A stretch of DNA of 64,000 nt from an uncultured Eubacteriales bacterium (GTDB taxonomy: Bacteria > Acidobacteriota > Aminicenantia > Aminicenantales > UBA4085), in NCBI GenBank assembly GCA_964537875.1, contig CAZIDN010000010.1, forward strand, positions 3,417 through 67,416, written 5' to 3'. A program made the translations under genes and the position numbers. Below the pieces are notes generated by a model that was not told the DNA's origin, did not search any database, and saw only the letters and a program-made list of their open reading frames with translations. Position 1 is the stretch's first letter. The number at the start of each line of letters is the position of its first letter. This document shows, one piece after another, positions 50,545 to 60,804 of this stretch.

Positions 50545-52158
50545 TTAGAGAAAAGCAGCCGAGCGGCCGGGGATTTCGCGGCCCTCTAAGTTTTTTGGGC
50601 CATCGGATAAATTGGCGGCCAGGCGGATGGCGCCGGCCGGCCCGCCCGCAGATTCTATGAGATAGGGGCCGTCTCCCAAAAGCCCTTTGACATGAACCGT
50701 TCCTCCTTTGAGGCCGATCGCTTTATGAAGCAGCTGCTTCCCCAAGTCATCGACCAGCTCGAGGTCATCGCTTTCGATGATCATGTTATCCAGGGCGCCT
50801 ACGACAAGGGCATAGAGCTCCTTTTCGTTGGCCGTAAGTTCGATGTCCTTATTCCGGAGCAGGAGGCAATCGGGGTCGTTGAGCCACCATCGTTTATGCA
50901 TGAAGTAGCGCATGATTGAATTTTTCAAGGCATAGAGTGCGTTCACCCCTTGGAACGGAGCCAGCTGGGAATTCCAGAACGGCGCGGTATCCTCCCCTAT
51001 CCGCATCCCGTTGACAAGGCCGATGGACGGCAGAAGCGGCGCTCCGCAGCCGAGGAGGAAGCCGCCGCGGACAGCCTGACGGACCACCTCGAGGCCTTCC
51101 CGGTAAGCCTGGATGGGCGTCACATTTCTCGCCCGGGCTCCTTCCATGGCCGCCGAAAATATGAAGTCGATTTTGAAATAATCGAACCCCATTTTTTTAA
51201 GCGAAGAAAACATCTCATGAAGCCAAGTCTTCACTTCGGGATGGGATGTGTCCAGCGCATAGATTTTCTTCTTCCAGCCGTTATAGCATACCTTAGGCCG
51301 CCCTCCCTCGGAGACCATCCAGTCTTTATGGCGATTGAAAAGCTCCGACGTTTCCGAGGCGCTGAAGGGCGCAGTCCAGAGGCCCGCTGTAAATTCATGA
51401 TCGCGGATGAGGCGGGCCAGGTCGGGCAAGGCGGAAAATCCCTCTTTGACCTGGGTCCAGTCGCCGATGTCCTTTTCGAAGCCGTCGTCGATCTGAAAGA
51501 CCTCAAAAGGAAATCCGGCTCGGGCGATCTTGAGGTTTTTCTCGACGTCCTTCCAGCCCAGGTTCGTAAAATAATGATACCAGCTCGACCAACCGACCGG
51601 GTTCCAGCCCGGCACGCTCGCCCGGTTTTCGGCGGCCGCCAAGTCCGCATAGTTCTCCAGGAGTGTTCCAACAGAATTTCCCTGAAGGATGACCAGGGGA
51701 TCGAGCGGCACGGGTTCGCTGAACAGCGTGTTGAAATATTCCAGGCAACCCACCAGTTGATCGTTATCGATGATGAAAAAAGGATGGGCCACTTTCGAGG
51801 TCAAAAAGCCGGCCACGGCGCCCTCCCAGGCCAAGAAATAATCGCTGACGAGGTGCGAGAGAATCGTGTCCGGAATCGGGGTGAAGACATAGCGGCTCTG
51901 TTTGGCCATCCTCGCTTCAAGGCCTTCCTGCTTTTGGCCCGGAGCCATTTTTTGCATCGGCCCCCAGGATTGCCAATTGTTGAGAAGAAACTCCTTGGGC
52001 ACGGGGCACCGGAAAATTTCCACTCGCCCTGCCCGACCCTTAATAGCGCCCGTGACCTTGTATCCGTTTTGAATTTTTTCTATATCGCCGGTAACTCTGA
52101 CGCGTCCATCGTTGAAATCGAAAGGCCGCCGGGCCAGAGGCTTGCCGAATATTTTCAT
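50545..52158 (-). CDS. GH36 alpha-galactosidase (short type)
   Basis: Catalytic nucleophile context FKIDF and the acid/base region FQIDDGFEKDIGDW. A CGAPLLPS segment is also present. Confidence 0.8.
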   Translation of the reverse strand: MKIFGKPLARRPFDFNDGRVRVTGDIEKIQNGYKVTGAIKGRAGRVEIFRCPVPKEFLLNNWQSWGPMQKMAPGQKQEGLEARMAKQSRYVFTPIPDTILSHLVSDYFLAWEGAVAGFLTSKVAHPFFIIDNDQLVGCLEYFNTLFSEPVPLDPLVILQGNSVGTLLENYADLAAAENRASVPGWNPVGWSSWYHYFTNLGWKDVEKNLKIARAGFPFEVFQIDDGFEKDIGDWTQVKEGFSALPDLARLIRDHEFTAGLWTAPFSASETSELFNRHKDWMVSEGGRPKVCYNGWKKKIYALDTSHPEVKTWLHEMFSSLKKMGFDYFKIDFIFSAAMEGARARNVTPIQAYREGLEVVRQAVRGGFLLGCGAPLLPSIGLVNGMRIGEDTAPFWNSQLAPFQGVNALYALKNSIMRYFMHKRWWLNDPDCLLLRNKDIELTANEKELYALVVGALDNMIIESDDLELVDDLGKQLLHKAIGLKGGTVHVKGLLGDGPYLIESAGGPAGAIRLAANLSDGPKNLEGREIPGRSAAFL

Positions 52159-52178
52159 GGCATGCGTCTCCGAATTCT

Positions 52179-52964
52179 TTATTGTTTGAGCTTTTTGACC
52201 CGCTTGGCGATCTTGTTTTTGATTTTATCATAGGAAGGCGGCGGCCCGGTCCTCACCGGCTTCCCGTCGATGAACACCGCGTCGGCAATTCCCCAATCTA
52301 AAAATGTTGCCCGGTCGATCGTCCGAATGTCCTGGAACTCCACTTGATCGCCGAATTCTCTGGCGGCCCGCTTCGCCCGTTCAAAGGTCATATTCATGGC
52401 GGGGCACCAGCCGTTGAAAAAAGCCGTGACAACGACTTTTCCCTCCTTCTTTGGCGGCCGCTTTTTCTCGCGGATCCATTTCGGCGCAACGGCGTCCTCC
52501 GCAAAAGGTTTCCACAGCAGCACCTGCATTCCAACCTTGTCGACTTTGACATATCCCTGCTTCCGAAACCAGGAAGCCTTCATGAAAAACGGAAGCGAGA
52601 CGCCCCAGACAGCCAAGCTCTTGGCGCCCAGCGATTTGGCGTCCTCTTCGGCCGCCCGGAGCAGGGCTTTTCCGATTCCTTTCTTCTGATGGTTCCCGAC
52701 ACCTTGTTTGTGGCCGTGGACCCAGACGCAGTGGACAAAATAGGCATCTTGGCCCTCAGCAAATGAGTGTTCGATGGGCACATATTGGATCATACCGCAG
52801 GCTTTCTCGCCGTCCACGGCCAGCTTGACCCGAAGGCCGTTGTCTTTCATATGCTCGAACCAGGACTCTTTGTGGTTTCCCCCTTCTTTGATCTCGTCCG
52901 ACCAATCTTCGAGGCAAACAAAGTACATGTCTCGATACTTTTCGTTGAGGTCGATGATGTCCAT
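52179..52964 (-). CDS. GNAT-family N-acetyltransferase fused to C-terminal thioredoxin-fold domain
   Basis: The GNAT motif A is present (HKQGVGNHQKKGIGKALL). The C-terminus FFNGWCPAMNMTFERAK has a Trx-like beta-alpha-beta arrangement with a single Cys. Confidence 0.55.
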   Translation of the reverse strand: MDIIDLNEKYRDMYFVCLEDWSDEIKEGGNHKESWFEHMKDNGLRVKLAVDGEKACGMIQYVPIEHSFAEGQDAYFVHCVWVHGHKQGVGNHQKKGIGKALLRAAEEDAKSLGAKSLAVWGVSLPFFMKASWFRKQGYVKVDKVGMQVLLWKPFAEDAVAPKWIREKKRPPKKEGKVVVTAFFNGWCPAMNMTFERAKRAAREFGDQVEFQDIRTIDRATFLDWGIADAVFIDGKPVRTGPPPSYDKIKNKIAKRVKKLKQ

Positions 52965-53140
52965 GCGGGCCCTCCTCTGTCCGAAGCATGCCGCGAAACG
53001 ACTCCTTCTTCTAATGGAATCTTACAATAGATTGTCCGCAGAGTCGATTCCCATTTATTTGATAAAAGGCAAAAAGCCGGTCAACCGGTCATTCCGATCC
53101 GTTATTCCCGCCTGGATGCCGCACGGCGCATTTCGGTTTG

Positions 53141-53278
53141 ACGAGCGGCTCCCCGTGGCTTGCCACGGGGAGCCGCTCGTAGAGGGTTCCAAGGGGGAGC
53201 CGCCCCCTTGGTCGCAGGGCGGGGTTTCATGCCCCGCCCGAGAAGGGGAGGCAGGGCGTCGGACGAAGTTCGACGCCC
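53141..53278. repeat. cluster of four GC-rich hairpins in a divergent intergenic region
   Basis: An 18-bp perfect stem at 53141-53158 / 53163-53180 with loop cttg. A 9-bp stem at 53189-53197 / 53203-53211. An 8-bp stem at 53217-53224 / 53232-53239. An 8-bp stem at 53254-53261 / 53271-53278. Confidence 0.7.
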
Positions 53279-53375
53279 GTTGGAAGGGGTCTTCCCCTCC
53301 AAATTGACCTTCCTTTTTCGCTCTGGTATAAATCGAGGAGTTCATGAATAGAAATTCTATCTTAAAGGGGTTCGC

Positions 53376-55535
53376 ATGAAAAAATATTTTGGGGCTATCC
53401 TCTTCTGTCTCCTCTTTGCTTCTTTTGCCTGTAAAACACCTCAAAAGGAAGCCAAGCCGGATTGGCTACTCAAACCGGAAGCGTTTAGGGCGGAAATCGA
53501 GTTGGCCGCCAACCGGGAAAGTCTTACTCTCGGCAACGGGCTTGTCCGCCGCACCCTTCGCCTTGTCCCAGACTGCGCCACCGTTGATTATCAAAACCTG
53601 ATGACCGGAGAGGCTATCATCCGCGCCGTGCGACCTGAAGCCGTTCTCGTCATCGATGGGAATAAGGTCAATGTGGGCGGCTTGGAAGGCCAGCCCGATC
53701 AGGCCTACCTTCTGCCCCAGTGGCTCGATGCTCTCACGGCCAATCCGGATGCCTTTCATTATTCGGGATACGAAAAAGGCGAAACGCAGCCGCGATTCCC
53801 TTATCCGCGCAAACGATGGGCCGAGGACCGGCCTTGGCCGCCGCCGGGCAAATCTCTGACTCTGCATTTCCAACATGCCTCGCCGGACCTCCGGGGCATC
53901 ACCGTCGATGTTCACTATGAGATCTACGACGGCCTTCCCTTGATCGCCAAGTGGCTGTCCGTTTCCAACGCCTGCCCAAAGCCCGTCGTCTTGAATTCCT
54001 TCATCAGCGAGAACCTGGCTGTGGTCGAACCGGAAGTATCCGTAGGAACCGTGGAGCAGTGGGATCGACCCAATATGCTGATCGAAAGCGACTATGCCTT
54101 TAACGGAATGACGCCGAAATCCGCCAACCGGACGGTTTACTGGGTCGAAGATCCGTCTTTCACTTCTCAGGTGAACTATGAGCTGAAGACGCCCTGCGTC
54201 CTCGAAAGCCGCCTGCCACTCGGCCCCGAAGAGACGATCGAGCCCGGCCGTACTCTTGAGACGTTTCGCACGTTCGAGCTGATCTATGACTCGACGGACC
54301 GCGAGCGAAAAGGCCTGGCCCTGCGCAAGATGTACCGGACGATCGCGCCCTGGGTGACGGAAAACCCGATCTTTCTTCACCTAAAATCCACAGACCCGGA
54401 GATTATCAAACAGGCCGTGGACCAGTGCGCCGCAGTGGGTTTTGAAATGATCATCCTCAGCTTCGGCAGCGGCCTCAATATGGAGAGCACGGAAGAGCCC
54501 TACATCCAAAAGATGAAAGAGCTGGCCGATTACGCCCATTCCAAAGGCATCGAGCTCGGCGGCTATTCGCTCTTGGCCAGCCGCCGCATCAGCGAAAAGG
54601 ACGATGTCATCAACCCGAAAACCGGAAAAACAGGCGGCGCTATCTTCGGCAACTCTCCCTGCCTGGGAAGCTCCTGGGGCAAAGACTATTTTGCCCGGAT
54701 TACGAACTTCCTCAAAAAAACAGGGTTCGACATTCTCGAGCACGACGGGTCTTATCCGGGCGATGTCTGCGCTTCAACCGAGCATCCGGGGCATGCGGGT
54801 TTGAACGATTCGCAGTGGAAGCAGTGGAAAATCATCGCCGATTTTTATCAATGGTGCCGGGAGCGCAAAATCTATTTGAACGTTCCGGACTGGTATTTTT
54901 TAGCCGGATCGAACAAAACCGGTATCGGCTACCGCGAAGTAAATTGGTCTCTTCCCCGCGACCGGCAGATCATGCTGGGCCGGCAGAACCTGTACGACGG
55001 GACCTGGGAAAAGACGCCATCGATGGGCTGGACATTTGTTCCGCTGGTCGAATACCAGGGAGGGGGCGCTGCCGCCACGCTCGAGCCCCTGTCCGAACAT
55101 CTGGATTCCTACCAAGCGCATCTTGTCCAGAATTTCGGCTACGGCGTCCAAGCCTGCTACCGGGGAACGCGCCTCTATGATACCGACCAGACGAAAGTGC
55201 TCGTTAAAAAATGGGTGGATTGGTACAAAAAATATCGCGCCATATTGAACTCGGATGTCGTCCATTTACGTCGTCCGGACGGCCGCGACCTGGATGCCGT
55301 TCTGCACGTCAACGCGGGGCTCGAAGAAAAAGGGTTTGCGCTCGTTTTCAACCCGACCGGGCGCTCGATCGAAAAAACGTTGACACTGCCTTTGTACTAT
55401 TCAGGCCTTAACGACAAGGCGAGGATCCGCGAACAAGAGGGAAAAGGGGAAATTTATCGGCTCAACAGAAAGTGCGAAGTTCAATTGCCAGTCAAGGTCG
55501 GGCCGAACGGCTTCACCTGGTTCGTCATCAAATAG
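53376..55535 (+). CDS. lipoprotein, putative glycoside hydrolase (TIM-barrel, GH36/GH27-clan-like), function uncertain
   Basis: Lipobox LFASFAC. A 719-aa protein. Its middle region (GFDILEHDGSYPGD; GGYSLLASRR) suggests a carbohydrate-active TIM barrel. Confidence 0.4.
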   Translation: MKKYFGAILFCLLFASFACKTPQKEAKPDWLLKPEAFRAEIELAANRESLTLGNGLVRRTLRLVPDCATVDYQNLMTGEAIIRAVRPEAVLVIDGNKVNVGGLEGQPDQAYLLPQWLDALTANPDAFHYSGYEKGETQPRFPYPRKRWAEDRPWPPPGKSLTLHFQHASPDLRGITVDVHYEIYDGLPLIAKWLSVSNACPKPVVLNSFISENLAVVEPEVSVGTVEQWDRPNMLIESDYAFNGMTPKSANRTVYWVEDPSFTSQVNYELKTPCVLESRLPLGPEETIEPGRTLETFRTFELIYDSTDRERKGLALRKMYRTIAPWVTENPIFLHLKSTDPEIIKQAVDQCAAVGFEMIILSFGSGLNMESTEEPYIQKMKELADYAHSKGIELGGYSLLASRRISEKDDVINPKTGKTGGAIFGNSPCLGSSWGKDYFARITNFLKKTGFDILEHDGSYPGDVCASTEHPGHAGLNDSQWKQWKIIADFYQWCRERKIYLNVPDWYFLAGSNKTGIGYREVNWSLPRDRQIMLGRQNLYDGTWEKTPSMGWTFVPLVEYQGGGAAATLEPLSEHLDSYQAHLVQNFGYGVQACYRGTRLYDTDQTKVLVKKWVDWYKKYRAILNSDVVHLRRPDGRDLDAVLHVNAGLEEKGFALVFNPTGRSIEKTLTLPLYYSGLNDKARIREQEGKGEIYRLNRKCEVQLPVKVGPNGFTWFVIK

Positions 55536-55551
55536 CCCGAAAGGACAATCC

Positions 55552-55830
55552 ATGACTCATATTCCTCGAAAATCGTCATTAAGAGAGCTCCAGACCATCC
55601 CGGGCGTCGGCCAGAAAACCGCTGAAAAATTTTGGCAGATGAACATCCGCTCCGTCCGGGATCTCAAGGGCAAAAACCCGGAAAGGCTCTTCAAGAAGCT
55701 CAGCGAAAAAAAACAAGCGCCCGTGGACAGATGCATGCTCTATGTCCTCCGCTGCGCCGTGTATTACGCCTCTGCAGAAAGGCATAAGCCTGCGCTATTA
55801 AAGTGGTGGAACTGGAAAGATAAAAAATAA
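55552..55830 (+). CDS. small helix-hairpin-helix DNA-binding protein (Cdd1 / pathogenicity-locus-like)
   Basis: A 92-aa protein with the HhH motif LQTIPGVGQKTAEKFWQMNIRSVRDL. Confidence 0.5.
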   Translation: MTHIPRKSSLRELQTIPGVGQKTAEKFWQMNIRSVRDLKGKNPERLFKKLSEKKQAPVDRCMLYVLRCAVYYASAERHKPALLKWWNWKDKK

Positions 55831-55847
55831 TCCGGCCGGTCGCAGAC

Positions 55848-57545
55848 CTATCGTTTTTGGGGAGGGGCTGGCGGCCTTTGCCAAACGATCTTCATGTTGT
55901 GTTTGCCCCGGCTCGTGATATCCGGATTGACATCGAGCTTGAGCAGGCCGGGCTTGTTGCCGATGTCTATGGCGACAAGATAGACAAGCTTCGTCACTTT
56001 CTCCATTTTTCTGTAATCGGCTCTTTCCTCGACATCCGTTTCCTGGTGATAATCCTCGGTCGTGCCGCAGAAGAACCAGACGCCCGGAATGCCGTAGCGG
56101 ATATACGGATACTGGTCGCTGCGGAAGAAGAAGCGGTCGGGATGCCCGGGGTCTTCAAACTTATAATCCAGCTTGAGATGAATCGAGCGGTCGTTCATGG
56201 CATGGATGCTTTTATCCAGCTCCGTGCTCACCTTGTTCGAGCCGATGAGATAAATGCCGCTAGGATCGTTCCGGGCAATCATGTCTAAGTTCAGGTTGGC
56301 GCTTATTTTTTCCACCGGCACGGGAGAATGCTGGACGAAATAGTAAGCGCCGACGAGCCCTTTCTCTTCGGCCGTATGCCAAACAAAGATGACCGAACGC
56401 TTCGGCCTTTCCACAACGAGCGCCCGAGCCAGCTCGAGCATGGCCGCGGCTCCCGAGCCGTTGTCGTCGGCGCCGGGAAAGATCCGGGCCTCACGCACGC
56501 CGAGATGATCATGATGGGAGCCGATGACTATGTATTCCTCCTTGAGCTTTGGATCGCTCCCAGGCAGATAGGCCACGACATTGGGCGTCGCGTCCTTGCG
56601 CTGTTGAAAGAACACGGCGACTTCAAGCGTTTTTCCCTCAAGACTCTTGGTGGGAAGCTGTTGCCCCTGAGCGATCGTTTCAAACATCTTGTCGATCTCG
56701 GCCCTGGAAACTCCTAGAACAACAGCGCCCGTTTCGTGGCGGACATCGACCGTATAAAACGGCGATGCGGGAGCCGCTGCCTGGGATGGAGCCGCGGGCT
56801 GCGACGCCGGGGTCGTCTGGGCTGTCGCAACGGGCCGCGGATTTGTAGTCTCGACGTCCAGAAATCTTAAGCGCTCGGACACGTCAAACGTCAACCCTTT
56901 CTGGGCAAGGTTGTTTTCGCGCTCGCGGCCGATGATAGTCACAAGACCCAGGGCTCCTTTTTCCCGCAGAATCCGGCTCCATCCTGCAGGAAGAATGCCG
57001 CTCATCGCTGATCTCTGTCCGGATGCCTCGACCGGACGAGGGATATCCAGATAAACGCAGATCTTTCCCCTGAGGTCAACATCGGCAAACACCTCTGGGT
57101 TTGGATTAGCCCCATACACGGCGGACCCGAGAAAAACGAGACCTCCGGCCGCCGTCCACTCCCCAGCGGTGCGGATATTGGTCGTGAACGCCTGGGGAAA
57201 ATAATACCTCTGCTCGCCGGCTTCGCCCATAATACGCAGATAGGATTTGGCCGCGGAAATTGTTGTGACTTCGACCGGCACATCCTGATAATACGAGCCG
57301 TTGGGCATGAGCGGCTTCAAGCCAATCCTCTCGGCCGCGAGGGCGATATAACGGGAGGCGATATTGAGCTCTGTCGACGGCGCATTGCGGCCGCGGAATT
57401 CCTTGGAACTGAGGAATTTAAGGTACGGCTTCATGTCCTCGGCGCTGATGGCTTTCAGCCCTTTAGTCTGGGCCGCAAGCGGAATCGAAGATCCGAGAAA
57501 AAAGAGTATGGCCAGAAAAAAATGGAAAGTTTTACGCGTTCTCAA
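55848..57545 (-). CDS. secreted M28-family aminopeptidase with PA domain
   Basis: Signal peptide present. Zinc ligands HHDHLG, GADDNGSG and HTAEEKGL. Confidence 0.85.
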   Translation of the reverse strand: MRTRKTFHFFLAILFFLGSSIPLAAQTKGLKAISAEDMKPYLKFLSSKEFRGRNAPSTELNIASRYIALAAERIGLKPLMPNGSYYQDVPVEVTTISAAKSYLRIMGEAGEQRYYFPQAFTTNIRTAGEWTAAGGLVFLGSAVYGANPNPEVFADVDLRGKICVYLDIPRPVEASGQRSAMSGILPAGWSRILREKGALGLVTIIGRERENNLAQKGLTFDVSERLRFLDVETTNPRPVATAQTTPASQPAAPSQAAAPASPFYTVDVRHETGAVVLGVSRAEIDKMFETIAQGQQLPTKSLEGKTLEVAVFFQQRKDATPNVVAYLPGSDPKLKEEYIVIGSHHDHLGVREARIFPGADDNGSGAAAMLELARALVVERPKRSVIFVWHTAEEKGLVGAYYFVQHSPVPVEKISANLNLDMIARNDPSGIYLIGSNKVSTELDKSIHAMNDRSIHLKLDYKFEDPGHPDRFFFRSDQYPYIRYGIPGVWFFCGTTEDYHQETDVEERADYRKMEKVTKLVYLVAIDIGNKPGLLKLDVNPDITSRGKHNMKIVWQRPPAPPQKR

Positions 57546-57719
57546 TGCTTCCCTCCTTGACCATGAATTGCTTTCGTATTAAGTCTAATATAACAGGAAT
57601 CCAGCAATGTCAAACGAATCAAGTTGCATCTATCGAAGGAAAGCCTTGATGCCAATACCGGCCAAAATATGTTAAAATATGTTGGGATATAAGAGATCCG
57701 TTGAAAGGGGGCTTGAGTC

Positions 57720-58844
57720 ATGAAAAGGAAGATTTTCTTTTCTCTGGCTTCAATCTTGACAGCGACGTTATTGATTTTGCCGCCCCTGAGTGCACAAAAG
57801 ATTGAAGTAAAAACCGTTGACGGGGTTCAGATCATTTCCAACCCCAAAAAACCAGCCCCTGCCAAAGGCGTTCCAACAAAGCTTACGCTCATTGAAGACC
57901 TAGCTCTCGGGGAAAGCGGAGAAACGGCAGAAATGTTCTCTGAAATAACGGCTTTTATCGTGGATAGGAATGAAAATATCTATATTGTCGACAGAAAAGA
58001 AAATCAGATCAGAGTCTTTGACCGGGCCGGAAAGCTCATCCGGTCATTCGGCAAACAGGGTCAGGGCCCCGGAGAATTCAACCAGCCCGTAGGGATTCAT
58101 CTGACTCCAAGCAACGAGCTTTTAATCGAGGATGGCCTCAATCGGCGATTGGCCATATTCACTCCGGAAGGTAAATTCCTTAAAAATATCTCCCTAGGCA
58201 AAACGCTCGGCTTGCTCAATATCTATATCGATTCGAAAGGAAATATCATCGGACGAGAATTGTCCACGGCCGATCAAAAGTTCATGTGGCAGGTTAAAAA
58301 ATACGATCGCGATTTAAATCCCTTATTTATCGTTGACGCCGTCGAGTTTCAAAATCCTCTTGCCGGAAAAATCAATCCTTTTCTCCATATGTTCATGTAT
58401 GCGCTGGGAGGAAAAGACACGATCATTTACGGAAACCCAAAACGATATGAAATCAAAATATTTTCGCCCGCCGGGAAACTCATGAAAAAAATCTTGAAGG
58501 ACTACGATCCCGTAGAAATCTCGGAGGAAGACAAAAAAGAGGGCCTCGCTAAAATCCCTGATTCCGGAATCGGCCTCAAAGAGAGACTTGAAATTCCAAA
58601 ATATTATCCTGCGTATGTCAACTTTATCCTTGATGAAGAAGGGCGGATGTTCGTCAGGACTTATAAAAAAGGAAAAACTAAAAAGGAACATTTCTTCGAT
58701 GTCTTTGACGCGGACGGCCGCTATATCGCAGAAATTCTTTTTAAAATCGATCCTGTATTATGGAAAAATAAAAAACTCTACGGCCAGGATGAGACAGAAG
58801 CTGGCTATAATGTTCTCAAGCGTTTCCGAGTCACCTGGGAATGA
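57720..58844 (+). CDS. secreted NHL-repeat-like 6-bladed beta-propeller protein
   Basis: Signal peptide present. The GPGEFNQPVGIHL NHL-type repeat and its repeats are visible. The gene is AT-richer than its surroundings. Confidence 0.55.
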   Translation: MKRKIFFSLASILTATLLILPPLSAQKIEVKTVDGVQIISNPKKPAPAKGVPTKLTLIEDLALGESGETAEMFSEITAFIVDRNENIYIVDRKENQIRVFDRAGKLIRSFGKQGQGPGEFNQPVGIHLTPSNELLIEDGLNRRLAIFTPEGKFLKNISLGKTLGLLNIYIDSKGNIIGRELSTADQKFMWQVKKYDRDLNPLFIVDAVEFQNPLAGKINPFLHMFMYALGGKDTIIYGNPKRYEIKIFSPAGKLMKKILKDYDPVEISEEDKKEGLAKIPDSGIGLKERLEIPKYYPAYVNFILDEEGRMFVRTYKKGKTKKEHFFDVFDADGRYIAEILFKIDPVLWKNKKLYGQDETEAGYNVLKRFRVTWE

Positions 58845-58936
58845 AAAACGTACCCGGAGGACGGGGTCAAACCTACTCGTTACGCAATATTCTCTCGGGG
58901 GCGGATGCGTAATGAGTAGGTTTGACCCCGAAGCGC

Positions 58937-60661
58937 TTATTCCAGTCTCTTGATAATATGCCAGCCGTATTTGGAGGTCCTCGGATCATAGACGGCCAAG
59001 CCGATGCCGTTGACGGAAAGGCCGAAGCTCACGTCGCCGAAGCTCTTGACCATCCCGGACCGTGAATACTCCTTTTTTGCCTTGTCCGGCTCCACTCCGA
59101 AGTTCGTCATCTTGTAGATTCCGGGATATTCATCATCCGTATATTGTTTGACCATGCCGTCAAAATTTTCGCCCTTCTTGATTCGATCCAGGATCTGCTC
59201 GGCCAGAGCTTGGGCCTCGTCCGGCGTCCGCTTGACCTTCTCTTCCGGAATCGATCCTTTGAAGGCAATCAGGATATGCTGGACGGCGATACGGTCCGGC
59301 TCTCCGGCGAGCTTTCGAGGCTTTGCGGCTGTGATCAGGTTCTCGACTTCGTCGATCTCTTTGGGAACATTTTTGGTTAAAATCTCGCAGCCGTCCTTCG
59401 TGATAAGCACAGTATCCTCAACTCGAATGCCGATATTCTTTTCCGGATAGTAGAGCGCGGGCTCGATGGCAAACACCATGCCTTCCTGAAGCGCCTGGAC
59501 GCGCGTCCCGACATCATGGACGCACATACCGACAAAATGGCCGAATCCTCCCCTGAGGCCGCGGCTATCGAGTCCCTTTTTCTTCAGAACATCCTCCACG
59601 TGTTTCTGGACATCTGCCGGCGTGGCGCCCGGCTTGTAGGCTTCGATGCAGGCCTTCTCCACTTCGAGCACGACCTGATACACCTCACTCTGTTCCTGGG
59701 TGAAGTTGCCTGAGACAGGCCATGTTCTTGTAATATCCGTGCAGAGCTGATCGAGGTCGGCGCCGAAATCCATCAATACGAGGTCTCCGGCCGCGGTCTT
59801 TCGAGCGTTCTTTTCGTAATGCCAGACGCAGGTATTCGGGCCGGAGCCGACGATCGGCGGATAAGCGGGGCCCTTCGCTCCTCCTCTCAGCACCACCTGC
59901 ATGGCAGCCGCCTCGATCTCATATTCGAAGACGCCGGGTCGCGAAGCCAACATGGCCTGCTTGACAGCCTCTGCTGAAATCTTGCCGTTCCGCCGCATCA
60001 CACTGATCTCCTCGGCGCTCTTGATCATGCGTAGGGCGTCAATGTGCGGCGTAATATCCTTGATTTCAAAGGAGGGATATCGTTCTTTGAGCTTCTGGAT
60101 GCGATTATTGTCGAGCGAGATCTGGTCGTTGTAATGGATGCGGTTTTTCCGCCCGATAAAGAGAGCGACTTCGCTGCGGGAGGTTTCCACGGTGTCCCCA
60201 GGCTGGAGCCGCAGGTAAGCCGGGGAAAAGCTTCGCATATTCCGAGAGATAAATTCATCGAAATACGTGACATCATAAAGATTGGCCAGCCCGGTCTTTT
60301 CCTTGGCTTTCTCGTCATTGAGGAGGTTCGGCCCGCCCACCATTTCTTCTCGGGCAGTCTGGCGGGGAAGAAAAAGATGGGTTTCTCCTGTTTTAGCGTT
60401 CATAACGAGAATAGCGCCCATGTCTTCGATGCCGGTGAAATAGAAAAAGTCATTGTCCTGCCGGAAATGCGCCCCCGGTTGAAACATGGTCTCGCCGAAA
60501 AGGACGATCATTCCTTCCTTGGCGCGGTCGGCCAAGGCTTTGCGCCGGCGCATGAATTCGTCTTTGGTATAGCCGGTCCGCTGGGCAAAGGAAAAAACTA
60601 GCATGAGATGTAAAAGAAATAAGGACACGAATAAATACTTGGGTGCTTTCTTGATTGTCAT
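58937..60661 (-). CDS. secreted M24B Xaa-Pro aminopeptidase fused to C-terminal parvulin (PpiC-type) peptidyl-prolyl isomerase domain
   Basis: Signal peptide present. The N-terminal creatinase-like domain and pita-bread domain are present (DFGADLDQLCTDITRTWP; HFVGMCVHDVG; EPALY). The C-terminal ~110 aa (IAVQHILIAFKGS...GWHIIKRLE) are parvulin-like. Confidence 0.8.
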   Translation of the reverse strand: MTIKKAPKYLFVSLFLLHLMLVFSFAQRTGYTKDEFMRRRKALADRAKEGMIVLFGETMFQPGAHFRQDNDFFYFTGIEDMGAILVMNAKTGETHLFLPRQTAREEMVGGPNLLNDEKAKEKTGLANLYDVTYFDEFISRNMRSFSPAYLRLQPGDTVETSRSEVALFIGRKNRIHYNDQISLDNNRIQKLKERYPSFEIKDITPHIDALRMIKSAEEISVMRRNGKISAEAVKQAMLASRPGVFEYEIEAAAMQVVLRGGAKGPAYPPIVGSGPNTCVWHYEKNARKTAAGDLVLMDFGADLDQLCTDITRTWPVSGNFTQEQSEVYQVVLEVEKACIEAYKPGATPADVQKHVEDVLKKKGLDSRGLRGGFGHFVGMCVHDVGTRVQALQEGMVFAIEPALYYPEKNIGIRVEDTVLITKDGCEILTKNVPKEIDEVENLITAAKPRKLAGEPDRIAVQHILIAFKGSIPEEKVKRTPDEAQALAEQILDRIKKGENFDGMVKQYTDDEYPGIYKMTNFGVEPDKAKKEYSRSGMVKSFGDVSFGLSVNGIGLAVYDPRTSKYGWHIIKRLE

Positions 60662-60804
60662 CAGTGCCTCCTTGCCCGAAGATCACGCCTTAGATCGTTT
60701 CTATTGTTTTTAAGCCATTCCTTTTCCGAAATCCGGCCATAAGACCAAAAAAAGAGAACCATGTGTTTCTTGTCGCTCAACTCGATCACGGATGATAAAA
60801 CCCT

